Shown here: in pieces, positions 46,124-58,100 of the stretch
How positions within the stretch are numbered: the stretch's first letter is position 1
How the letters are laid out: each line of letters opens with the position of its first letter
The notes under the pieces: model-generated
The model's database searches: none
Seen by the model: the letters and a program-made list of their open reading frames with translations, nothing else
What the model was told of the DNA's origin: nothing
Position numbers and translations under genes: made by a program
NCBI GenBank assembly: GCA_018813285.1
Contig: JAHJBY010000033.1
Span: 69,157 to 133,156 of the forward strand
Length of the DNA stretch: 64,000 bases
DNA from: Candidatus Omnitrophota bacterium
GTDB taxonomy: Bacteria > Omnitrophota > Gorgyraeia > Tantalellales > Tantalellaceae
Direction of reading: 5' to 3'

Positions 46124-46215
46124 ATTTACCTTCAGCTCTCAGCTTTTTAGTATTGAGTATTGCGTATTCAAAGTTGCAAGAGCACACGGCACATGTGCGC
46201 CCTGCCGGGCGCGCA

Positions 46216-46247
46216 ATAAAAAAGCCCTGAAAAAACTTCAGGGCTTT
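46216..46247 (-). terminator. Riboswitch-controlled intrinsic terminator
   Basis: AAAGCCCTGAA-gtttt-TTCAGGGCTTT then a U tract; its 5' arm is complementary to the aptamer 5' end ACTTCAGGG (antiterminator). Confidence 0.85.
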
Positions 46248-46274
46248 ATATCACGCATATTTACTTCTTACGTG

Positions 46275-46420
46275 TACTTCTCCCATCCCGGCTGTCTTCG
46301 CGTTTTCACGCGACGGTCGGCACCCGATTCTCACAGGTTCAGACCCTCACGGATCTCGCGGGCTAATCTCCCTTGGGAGCATCACCGCCGGCTAAGGAAT
46401 TGCGCCTTACCCTGAAGTCT
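46275..46420 (-). ncRNA. FMN riboswitch (RFN element)
   Basis: CTTCAGGG..AATTCC..CCGGCGGT..AGCCCGCGA..GCCGAC..GGATGGGAGAAG, upstream of ribBA. Confidence 0.93.
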
Positions 46421-46472
46421 TAACCATGCCAACACATACGCGTTGTAAGTCAAGTGTTAAATACATTTAACC

Positions 46473-46510
46473 TTATGGCTTACGACAACATGAGTTGTCG
46501 TAAGCCATAA
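46473..46510. terminator. Inverted repeat after groEL (probable terminator)
   Basis: TTATGGCTTACGACAAC-atga-GTTGTCGTAAGCCATAA, a perfect stem. Confidence 0.8.
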
Positions 46511-46516
46511 TCTCAT

Positions 46517-48175
<1,659 letters not shown>

Positions 48176-48194
48176 TTATCTACATTGTTCCCTG

Positions 48195-48479
48195 TTAACT
48201 GATGATGCCCAGAATATCGTCTTCTCTCAACATGAGGAGATCTTTGCCATCCAGCTTAAATTCTGTTCCGGAATATTTCCCGTACAGCACGATATCTCCT
48301 TTTTTCACTTCCGGCGCGATAACTTTACCGTCCGAAATCTTACCTTTGCCGACAGCGACAACCTTTGCCTGCTGCGGTTTTTCCTGCGCGTTTTGAGGCA
48401 GCACTATACCGCCTTTTGTGACCTCTTCCGCTTCCAGGGCTTCGACAAGTACTCTGTCTCCAAGTGGTTTTACGCCCAT
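48195..48479 (-). CDS. groS: Co-chaperonin GroES
   Basis: KPLGDRV, GGIVLP..A.EKP and YSGTE motifs. Confidence 0.99.
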   Translation of the reverse strand: MGVKPLGDRVLVEALEAEEVTKGGIVLPQNAQEKPQQAKVVAVGKGKISDGKVIAPEVKKGDIVLYGKYSGTEFKLDGKDLLMLREDDILGIIS

Positions 48480-48530
48480 ATCTCTTCCCTCCATTCGTTT
48501 GTTTTCGCCGCGACGCGGCACATTCCTGCT

Positions 48531-48557
48531 TTAGCACTCCAACTCGATGAGTGCTAA
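48531..48557. promoter_or_regulatory. CIRCE element (HrcA operator)
   Basis: TTAGCACTC-N9-GAGTGCTAA, perfect match. Confidence 0.97.
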
Positions 48558-48567
48558 CGAGATTCAC

Positions 48568-48595
48568 ATTATACGAGATGCGCAAATTTTGTCAA
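48568..48595 (-). promoter_or_regulatory. Sigma70-type promoter of groESL
   Basis: TTGACA-16 nt-TATAAT just upstream of CIRCE. Confidence 0.85.
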
Positions 48596-48655
48596 GGGAT
48601 TTTTTAAAAAAAAATTAAGGAAGGGTTACTTCCTACACGTTACCCGGGAGGGGCA

Positions 48656-50500
48656 TCACCCTCTCCTGCGTTCTGCTAACAACACAATAGTTTTTATTTC
48701 ATCTTTATTCGACGCCCTTGTCCATTCTGTATCAAAATCGGGATTCTCTGTAATCTGCGCTATGGCGGCCAGTATCTTCAAATGCAGATTACGTTCGGCC
48801 GGCGGTCCAAGAATGATGAATATAATGTGCGCGAGTTGATCATCGGGAAAAATAACGCCTGACCTGGCACGCACAAGCATGATATGAAAATCTTTCGTAT
48901 CCACCAGAATATGCGGGATCGCCAGACTTTTCCTTATTACGGTACTTGATTCTTCTTCTCGTTTCATAAATTTCTCAAAAAGTCCGCCGGCAGAAAGTCC
49001 CGTCTCTTTCCCGAGCATATCCGATACCATCTTAAAAAAATCTCCGGCCTTAAGCGGCTCTTCTATCTCCAATACGCTGCTTTTTTCGATAAGCCGATGG
49101 AACCTGTCTTCCGTCACATCGTCTCTTTGCATAACGACATCTTTCAACTCGATGAGCAGGTTATCAGACGTCAGCTCTTTATCCCGGGCGATAAACCTTT
49201 CAAGAAGGTATATCAGCGCTGAATCCTGGCTTACACGTTTTTCAACATATATTTTGTACCAGACGAACCCGAAAAAGATAAAGATCATAGTCAGAAAGAC
49301 AATGAACGTCCCCATTTCTATCAGCAGGAAACAACCACCCAATATCCCGGCGATCTGTAAATACGGATAGAAAGGCGAGCGAAATTTCGGTTTATAGCTC
49401 AAGACATGGCTTTCCCTGAACAGTATCAAAGTGAGATTCGCGAAAGTAAAAAGCAATATAAGCAAACTCGACGCCACCTTGACCATAACCTCTAATCTCA
49501 GGAATAGAAGAATGGCGATCATGAAAAAGCCGGTAAAAAGAACCGCCACATAAGGCACGTTACCCCTCGGGCTTATCTTACTAAAGGCAACGGGCAGGAC
49601 CTTATCCCGGCTCATGCCCAGAGGATACCGCGAAGCCGTCATTAAACCGGCATTCGCTGTAGATATGAACGCCAGGAACGCTCCCAGGGCCACTACCAAT
49701 TGCAGCACCCCGCCCCCTATAACCGCGGCACCGTCGGAAATAGGCGTGAGCGAAACCCTGAGGGCGCTCGCGTCAAGATTTCCAACCGTTACGAATATCA
49801 CCAGGACGTAAACGACAGCCGTCACGATAAGGGATGAAAACAACCCGAGAGGAAGATTTCTTTTCGGATCCTTTGTTTCTTCCGCGAGAGCGGCCACTTT
49901 TGTTAAACCACCGTAGGAAATAAAAACGAAACTTGCTGTCGAGAACACCGCGCCGTATCCCGTGGAAAAGAACGGAGAAAAATTAGACGGATTTATTATC
50001 ACTACCCCTTTCACGACATATATCAAAAGGACCGCCAAAAGCCCTATGACAAGTATCACCTGAAATTTTCCCGCCTCTTTTATTCCCACAAGATTAAGCG
50101 CCATGAATAGGACGCAACAGATCAAGGCGATCATGTTCATGGATAGGTTCGTGAACATGCATAGATAAGCTCCCATACCTATCAAGGCGAAAGCGCCTTT
50201 TAAACTCAAAGAAAACCAGGCGCTAAAACCCGCTATCGTGCCAAGAAGCGGGCCAAATCCGCGCATGATGTAGAAGTAATCACCGCCGGCGCGCGGCATG
50301 GCGGTTATCAGTTCGGCTTTACTTAATAGCGCGGGAATACAGAATATTCCCGCGATTATATAGGAAACGATCACCGCCGGCCCGGCCTTCGCGAAAGCCA
50401 ATCCCGGCAAGATAAAAAGACCGGAACTTATCATGGCCCCGGTCGCCACACAAAAGATATCTAGAAAACCGAGTTCCTTTTTCAATGTCCTTTTCTTCAC
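48656..50500 (-). CDS. APC-family amino acid permease fused to a PTS EIIA(Fru/Ntr)-like domain
   Basis: GAMISSGLFILPG and AEETKDPKRNLP with about 12 TMs; C-terminal KREEESST..LAIPH..HLKILA. Confidence 0.88.
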   Translation of the reverse strand: MKKRTLKKELGFLDIFCVATGAMISSGLFILPGLAFAKAGPAVIVSYIIAGIFCIPALLSKAELITAMPRAGGDYFYIMRGFGPLLGTIAGFSAWFSLSLKGAFALIGMGAYLCMFTNLSMNMIALICCVLFMALNLVGIKEAGKFQVILVIGLLAVLLIYVVKGVVIINPSNFSPFFSTGYGAVFSTASFVFISYGGLTKVAALAEETKDPKRNLPLGLFSSLIVTAVVYVLVIFVTVGNLDASALRVSLTPISDGAAVIGGGVLQLVVALGAFLAFISTANAGLMTASRYPLGMSRDKVLPVAFSKISPRGNVPYVAVLFTGFFMIAILLFLRLEVMVKVASSLLILLFTFANLTLILFRESHVLSYKPKFRSPFYPYLQIAGILGGCFLLIEMGTFIVFLTMIFIFFGFVWYKIYVEKRVSQDSALIYLLERFIARDKELTSDNLLIELKDVVMQRDDVTEDRFHRLIEKSSVLEIEEPLKAGDFFKMVSDMLGKETGLSAGGLFEKFMKREEESSTVIRKSLAIPHILVDTKDFHIMLVRARSGVIFPDDQLAHIIFIILGPPAERNLHLKILAAIAQITENPDFDTEWTRASNKDEIKTIVLLAERRRG

Positions 50501-51333
50501 TCGCCTGAACTCCCCGGTAATTTCTTATCTTCCTCTTTAGATGCCGGATGAAATAATGTTTCTTCAAATCCTACAACCGTTCTATCCACCGTATTCGCCG
50601 CACCGGCAAGCACGTTTCGCGCCCCGGTACCTGCCCTATTTACAACATCCTGGGCCGGTTGCAATATGCCGGAGACCTGTCGCCGTAATACACCGAGATC
50701 AAAACCCGTAAGATTGGCTATCTGGGTGTTCCTTAACGCCCTTACCACGATCAACCGCGCAAGAGAATCCGGATCGGTTATATTCTCGAATTCCTGATCT
50801 ATATGGATGTTGAAAACTTTGATATCGGGTTTCACATCTTTCGAATAATCTTTAAACACCACTTTATCTATTTTTAGTCGAAAAAGATCTATCTGAACCT
50901 TCTTCGGTTCTTCCTTATTTTTCGGTTCTTCGTCTTTTGTTTTTTTGCCCTTAGCCTCTCTGGCAACCTTCAAGGTGTTCAAATTAAGTTCACCGGCGCT
51001 GCTACGCACCACCATGAATTCCGCCACATCAAGCTTCAGCTGCCGCAGGTGCATTTCCCCTTTTAGCATATCCTGAAGATCAAAATCCGCGTAGATCTCA
51101 GGCATATCGATCATTACCTTATCCGGGTATTCCGGAGGATTATAGATCTTGAAATCTTTTATCTCAATAGTCGCATCAATAATACCTACCTTCAGGCTCT
51201 TCATCCCCAATTGAATACCGGTTATGATCTTTACCTCTTTCACGATCACAAACATCAATATGGCGTTTTTCGCTGAGATCAGCGCCGTGATCACGGCCAT
51301 AACTATCAATAAAATGTATATCCATTTTCTCAT
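50497..51333 (-). CDS. AsmA-like membrane-anchored protein
   Basis: N-terminal TM followed by an amphipathic beta-rich region (IYNPPEY..GELNL). Confidence 0.6.
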   Translation of the reverse strand: MRKWIYILLIVMAVITALISAKNAILMFVIVKEVKIITGIQLGMKSLKVGIIDATIEIKDFKIYNPPEYPDKVMIDMPEIYADFDLQDMLKGEMHLRQLKLDVAEFMVVRSSAGELNLNTLKVAREAKGKKTKDEEPKNKEEPKKVQIDLFRLKIDKVVFKDYSKDVKPDIKVFNIHIDQEFENITDPDSLARLIVVRALRNTQIANLTGFDLGVLRRQVSGILQPAQDVVNRAGTGARNVLAGAANTVDRTVVGFEETLFHPASKEEDKKLPGSSGE

Positions 51334-51521
51334 CAGACGTCTCCTTTCTGCCTATACTATACCTGCTGTTCTCGGTTTCTCCAACATAAAATTTCGTTTG
51401 CGCCGCCGCCGCGTTTCTGCGACACGGGTCGGTTCACACGGGTCGGTTCAATTTGAAAAAGCACGTCTCATATGGTACACTGTACTGGCGGATAACGCCG
51501 GAAACGGAGGAGGAGACCCTC

Positions 51522-52079
51522 ATGAAAAAAATGTTTATTTTACCCGTATTGTTGATTGGCATTATGCTGGCCCTGACGGCGGCTTACGCTTTCGGGGCGG
51601 GAAGCAAGCAGGACACAGAAGCCAAAAAAGAGGATAAGAAAACAGAAACGGCCGGAACGACTGGAACGACCGAAACGAAAGAACTGACAAAAGAACAAAT
51701 AGTCGAACGTTTGAACCATATTTTCCAATATCGTCTGGATATCCGGGAGGGTGTCCCGGGCATCGTGGTCGACGAAACCGGCCAGGGTGTTGTCGTGGAG
51801 TATAACGGCACACAACTTGAACAACTGGATAAAGACACCTTATCCGGCCTTTCAGGAACGGTCAATGAACAAATATCCCTCAAGAATCTCAAAAATATCG
51901 AGAACCTCCAAAAAACACAGCAACAGCTGAGGAATCTCAGGGAAATAGATAATATCAACCGGACACAACAAATGCTTCGCCGGCAAAGAGCTGTTTCGCC
52001 GAATATCCCAAAAGTATACACTCCACCGAAAATACCGAAGACATACAACGCGCCAAAGACCTACAAGGCACCTAAATGA
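51522..52079 (+). CDS. Secreted hypothetical protein with Pro/Lys-rich tail
   Basis: RBS GGAGGAGG, signal peptide MKKMFILPVLL..AYA, C-terminal PK(T/V)Y repeats. Confidence 0.75.
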   Translation: MKKMFILPVLLIGIMLALTAAYAFGAGSKQDTEAKKEDKKTETAGTTGTTETKELTKEQIVERLNHIFQYRLDIREGVPGIVVDETGQGVVVEYNGTQLEQLDKDTLSGLSGTVNEQISLKNLKNIENLQKTQQQLRNLREIDNINRTQQMLRRQRAVSPNIPKVYTPPKIPKTYNAPKTYKAPK

Positions 52080-52177
52080 TACTAAAACCTCCGACTCCTG
52101 CCTCGCCTTCTGAGATAGCAATAGAAAAAGATTTCTCGTCGCGGCCTTTAGCTTTCAGCCCAGAGCCATTGACAGCT

Positions 52178-55100
52178 TTACAACGCCACAGCGGTCTTTG
52201 TGATGGCATCGATCTCCTGCCGGATCTCTTCGCCTATGTTCAGCCTGGTGATCTTAATCAACAGGTGAAGAATATCTTTTAGCCCTTTTTCTAATCGCTT
52301 TAAGGTTTCTTCCGCGCATTCTACGGCCATTATCCGGGGCGCGTCCTTCTCATCCAGTGTCCTCTTAAGAAGGCTCACCACTGCCACTTCCGGCAATATC
52401 CGATTTATCCTCTTTCCTGCGGCGTCATCCGTTAATACATTCTTTCCCAAAAGCACAAAACCGGGAACATTCTCTTTCCCTTCCGCGCGCATATAGTTGA
52501 TCAAATTTTCTGTTAAGGCCCCGGATTCGACCGCTGCCATTGAAACGTCTGCAGGCCGTATATTCACTCCCTTGACTTCCAGGCTTTTCAATACCTCTTT
52601 AACCGTATTGGATATATTTTCCTTCTTCCGGTTTGGATCAAGCACAACAGGTATGACATTCTTTAAACTTATGATTTCTTCCGGGATCGGAACATCACGC
52701 GTTGTGGCGACACATATATAAAAACGCTTATCCGCAAATGCCTTTATCGCGGGAATCATTTCGCCTATGTCAACACCCGGAAATCTTGTATCAATGACAA
52801 TCGCCTTCGGAACCTCAGGGATCAGCTCCATCAAACTCTTCTCCATACCCTTGATCTTTTCATCCTCATGCTTTGCCGCCATATTTTTGAAATCCAGAAG
52901 ATCGCCAAACGGCATTTTCGGGTTGTCATTAAGATATTTCACAAATCCGGAATGATAGCCGAGAAATCTGTCCCTGAGATCCGCCTTTTCTTCATCAGAA
53001 AGGCTGTCATCACGATCTGCGGTAACCGCTTCGCCAGCTGATTTGCAATACTCGTCGGCCCATTTTTCGTTATCACCCGGGACTATGGAAGGAAATCGAA
53101 ATTCTTCCCCGGCCAATGCCCTGGGATAATAATCCCGCATGATAGAACCCAACACATCATGATGAGCCTCATCCGGCAATACATCCTGCAATACATTAAG
53201 TATATTTCCCATGTCATCAAGAGTCTTGCCTTCCAGGGCCATCATCGCGCCTTCATCCAGGCCGCCGGCATACGGATGAATAAGGTATGGGAACATATTC
53301 GCAAGAGCCTGGATCTCCGCGATCCTTACCGCTTCCTTTATCGCGTCTTCCATATCCGTTTCTTCTCTCATTTCAATGAGCACATGCGGCTTTAAGCCAG
53401 CTTCCGTCGCGATCTTTTCGAAAGCTTCTTTATTTTTTACCGCGATAAATTCTATATTCGCGTAATTTTTTATGATCGGATATTTTTTCTCCATAGCGCC
53501 TTCATCCGCGCCCACGATCCCGATAACGGCTACAGGCGTGATTACCGGCGGCATCTTTTTCGTCGTCGGCGGCAAGGATGCCGGTCCTGACCTTATCGTA
53601 GCGTAAGGAACGGCTTTTCTCCCGACTACCGTATTTGTAATAAAAGCGGTTAGATTTACCACTGAATGAAGCGCAACAGCAACAGTTAACAACTGCCACA
53701 CACCGGTCTCAATCACGAAAGGCATAAATATATTTAATCCGGTAACAAGGAGCGCTGTTTTCCACCCGTGTTTATGCAACAGCACGAAAAATATCCCGGA
53801 TAATATCTGAAGAGACGCTAAAATAAGCACAGATGTCTGAACCGAAGGGCTCACCCCCATAAGCCCTGTGATAACAGGCGTAAGACACTGCGTTAAAAGA
53901 AGAGGAACGCCGAAGTATACCATCCTCTCTCGGAAAGGCGCCAGCAGCAAATGCTCCATACCGAATTTAGTCTGATTCCATAAAATGGAATCATCTTTCC
54001 CTATCCCAAGTTTGTTACGGGCACTATTTACGACAGACGAATAAGGTGCCTCTTTATGCATGGCATAAAACACCTGAAACGCGCCCGCCCTGTCACCTTT
54101 ACCCAAATAAGCATGGACCAACAATCTCCGCGCTTTTAGTCTGAACTCGCCTTTTAAAGACTTATCAAAAAATGGTATAGCGCCATCAAAATCCCTCGCG
54201 GCGAGATTCATTAAAGCCAGGCAAAAATATAAATTAGTTTTTAATTCTTCTTCCGCAAACTCGATTTCTCCCAGGTTATTTACCGCATTTTGAATCGAAT
54301 CAAATAACAACACTTTTTCTCTGATTGTTTTTATCTCTGGAAGGAATGTTCCTTTACCAGTAATAGCCCGGATAAGAGTTTCCGAAAACCTGGCATTAAG
54401 ATGACCAAGGAGAGTGCTTATAAACAGTTTGTCTTTTTCCCCTTGCCTCGAAAGCATCGCCGATAACACGGCGTGATACGCGCCGTCATTCAGAAAGAAT
54501 AAGTTAATAAGCTCCTTTGCCAATGTCTCGTTAAACGTTTTTTCGGAAATCGCTTTAATCCCATCAATTAAGACCTTATCGTTTATAAGCCGCTTTCTTA
54601 AGTTTTTCCTCTTTCTCTCTCTCAACCCGTCGTCAAACAATACGGATTTCCCGATCTCCTTAATGCAAATTTCAAACACGCTGTCCGCACTCTTACTGTA
54701 GGGAATCGTTTTTAGCAGATAAACCGACAGATTAAATACCTTATCGTTTTCATTCCGCACCTTCCAGAAAGTGAACATCTTCTCCAGCAACGCCGGCAAT
54801 TCTTCCAGGACAGTTTCGAACTCATCGCTCTTAAGACCCCCTATAACCGCAGCAACATCATCGTATGCTTTCGCTTTGCCAGAATCCGCATCTTTCTGTA
54901 ACTTTTCAACACGCCGCTGTTTCCTCTCCCGCGTTTCCTGTGACACTTTCCTGCCCGATTCTATCCGGTACACTTCTTCATGGCATGATATAATATCTCC
55001 GTATATCTGTATCTTTTCCCGCGCGTTTTTCCCTTTCGCGGATAATGTCAAAATATGCCCTTTCAATAAATCGTCCATCCGGGCTTTGTCGCCTCCTTTA

Positions 55101-58100
55101 AATACAAGCTCCTTTGACAAATCCTTCAATCTTTCACTTCCGGGAGCTATCTCTTGCGCCTTCCTTAGCAAAATCTCAGCCCTCACAAGCTCGCCATTCT
55201 GCAGCGCCCTCGCAGCCATCCCGAGAATAAGATTTACCGTCGGTTTTTTATCAGCATCCTCGAGCCCGGAAGGTTCAAGTTTCTGTTTTTCGGCAACCGC
55301 AACGTTTTTCTTCAGGCTTAACTTCCTCCTTTCAAGAAGACCCCGGACCTGTTCGAGCCTTTTTTTTCTTTCGGCTTCTTCTTTTTGATCTTCGCTCACT
55401 TTTTGAACGGCTTCTTCACGATCCTTTTTCATATAAGGTTTTTCAAGAATTTCTTTCTCTCTCGAACCTAACAAATCCTCCAGGCCGTCTTCCCGTGACC
55501 GTATCCAGGAAATGATCTCTCTTCTGCGCCTTTTTTCTATACTCGCATCCTTTCCTTCCTTTTCCAACTGCCGCAATTCGGTTTCCAGTCTCGCTCTCTC
55601 ACCCTTGAGTAGTGTTATCCCTTTACTTATTTCTTTTTCTTCTTTTTCGAACCGCGCCAAATCCTGCCTAGCTTTCGCTGATCCTGCTATTGTCCGGTTT
55701 ACATTCTTTCTAATTTTGTTAATCTTATCGACCCTTTCCTTCACTTCTCCCCTTGTCTCACCGGCCAGGTCATCTTCCGCGTCCAATTCTTTCAATACGC
55801 GACTTGCTTCTTCGAATTTGCCCTCATCAAAATATGCCTCGGCCAGGTTTAACCTGTTTTCCGGCGTGGAACTGAGTTCTGCCGCCTTCTTTAAATCTTC
55901 TATCCTATCCCCTGCCTTTTTCTGTCCCTTTGCCCGATCAACAAAAATATCTGCCATCTGTTGTCCCGCTGTCTTCCGTGCAAAATCGGCATCCAACGCT
56001 ACCGCTTCTTCATGCCGCTCGATCGCTTCAGCTGCCGCTTCTTCATTCCGTTCGACCGCTTCGGCTTCCGCTTCCCTGCCTTCTTCCAGCGCCAGGTCCC
56101 TGAGACCGACTTTCGCAAGAACGCAGCGTTTATCCATCCATAACGCCCGATAGAAGCTTTCTTCTGCTTTCCGAAAATCCCTAACTTCTCCCTTAAGATA
56201 CGTCAGTCCTTTAAGCACGGTAAGCCGCGCCAGTAACGGCCTGTTGTTTCTTTGTTTTCTGCTGGATAAATCAGAATACGCCCCCTGCAACACGTCGATA
56301 CATATACCTATTGCAAAACTGTCCGTGCGAAACGTGTCGGGAAAAAACTCATACATCTTTTCAAGATAATCAACTCCTTTTTCCACAAAAGCCGCATCCC
56401 TGTCCACCCCGGCAGAATACGCTCCCATATGTTCTATCACACTCTTATACATGCCGCGAAGTTCATCGATAAAGCCGCTGTCCTCTTTCAACTTCTCATC
56501 TAACTGCCTCGCTTTTTCCATGTTATCTATTGCTAAATCAAAAAGTTTTTGAGATTCCGTCATGTTTTTCGCCGAAACTTCGAATTCCGCCAGCCCCCGT
56601 CCGGACAGCGCCATAAACCTGTAAAGCTCGGCTTTTTCATAACCGGACTTTTCGGCTTTCAGGAAAAGTGAATAGGCCTTACTGAAATCATTCCTTTCAT
56701 ACGCTTCGATACCTGACCTAAACAAACTTTCCGCTTTAACTTCTTCCCCTGCTTTCGCGGCACGCCAGAAGCGAAAGCGAGCCCGCATCCTCCTCCCCCG
56801 GAACCTGTGTATATAACCCCGGATCATATACGCGTACTGACGGCACGCTTTAATATTTTCGAGTTTCTTAATGGCAAGTGTCAGGGCTCCAAGATCAACA
56901 CTCGTCGGCACTATTCCGCGGACAAGCATGGTTTCTCTTATTTGCCCCATTAAAAGCCGAAGAAGCTCCGTTTTATCTTCCACCGAGAGAAGTTTAGGCT
57001 CAAGGACCTCGATAATAAGTTTTCCGTTATTAAGACCAAACCGTTCATTCAATAAAACAATGCTCACTTTTTTTGCTCTATGAGGAGCACTGAACATCAC
57101 CTTCTTGAAACCATCATCCGAGATAAAATACTGCACCCTGGATGGAATACTCTTCCCCAGCCCTCCAAGTTCTTCTATCCGACTGGTCCAAGAGACGAAA
57201 AGTTCAATAATCTGGTCGTCATGCCTCGAGTCATACCTGAGCCTTATCGCTTCTTTAAGGTTTTCCGCGACAGTTTCCTCGACGTCCCGCGTTTCGTCCG
57301 AAGCAAGCCCCAGTTTAGCCTTCAGTAAATAAAACAACATCCATTCGTCAATGTTTTCAACATCTCCCGCTCTAAACTCATTCAGAAGCTCTTCTGACTC
57401 TTTGATCCTTGTCCTGGCAATTTTTGAGACATCCGCCTCTTGCAGCAACAGTTCGGCAAGTATCAATTTGGAGCTGTTCAAATATTCTCCCAGCTCTGTC
57501 TTTTTGACGCTTATAACCCACCTTAAGAGCGAAATCGCGCCCGCCCTTTTTTCGCCGTCCAGCCCCCGTTCCCTGAGGATATAGACAAGTTGTTCATACG
57601 AAATATCCTTCATGGAATCAAATGTTCCCGTGATATCAGTATTAAGCGGGCCGACTTCCTTTTCGAGCTTACCTATGCGCCCCCTAACCGCCGCCGTCAT
57701 ACCGGCTCTTTTCGGAATTTTCTCGAATTTTTTAATATATTCCTCTAACGCTTCCTTCTTCTGTCCGAGTTTCCATGTTTCCCGGGCTTTTTCGGCCATG
57801 ACAGAAATATTTCTCTCTCTGACTGCCTTCTTTATCTTTTCCTTTCTTGTCACGACATATTTTTCGATTTCCGCGTCTTTCTTTCTTTGCAATTCATTCA
57901 GTTTTACACGATGTTCCTGAGCTTTCGCGTTATTCTTAACCGCGGTGTCATCGCTCTTTTCGTACAACCCGATCAATTTCTCATGAGCGTCTGCGGCGTC
58001 CTCATCATTAAGACCTTCCCCAACAGCCTTTTCCAGATCATCCGCTGCCGGCCGTGTTCTGCCGTCGGCCAGATGCAAAAGCCCCCGTTTAAAATGTGCC

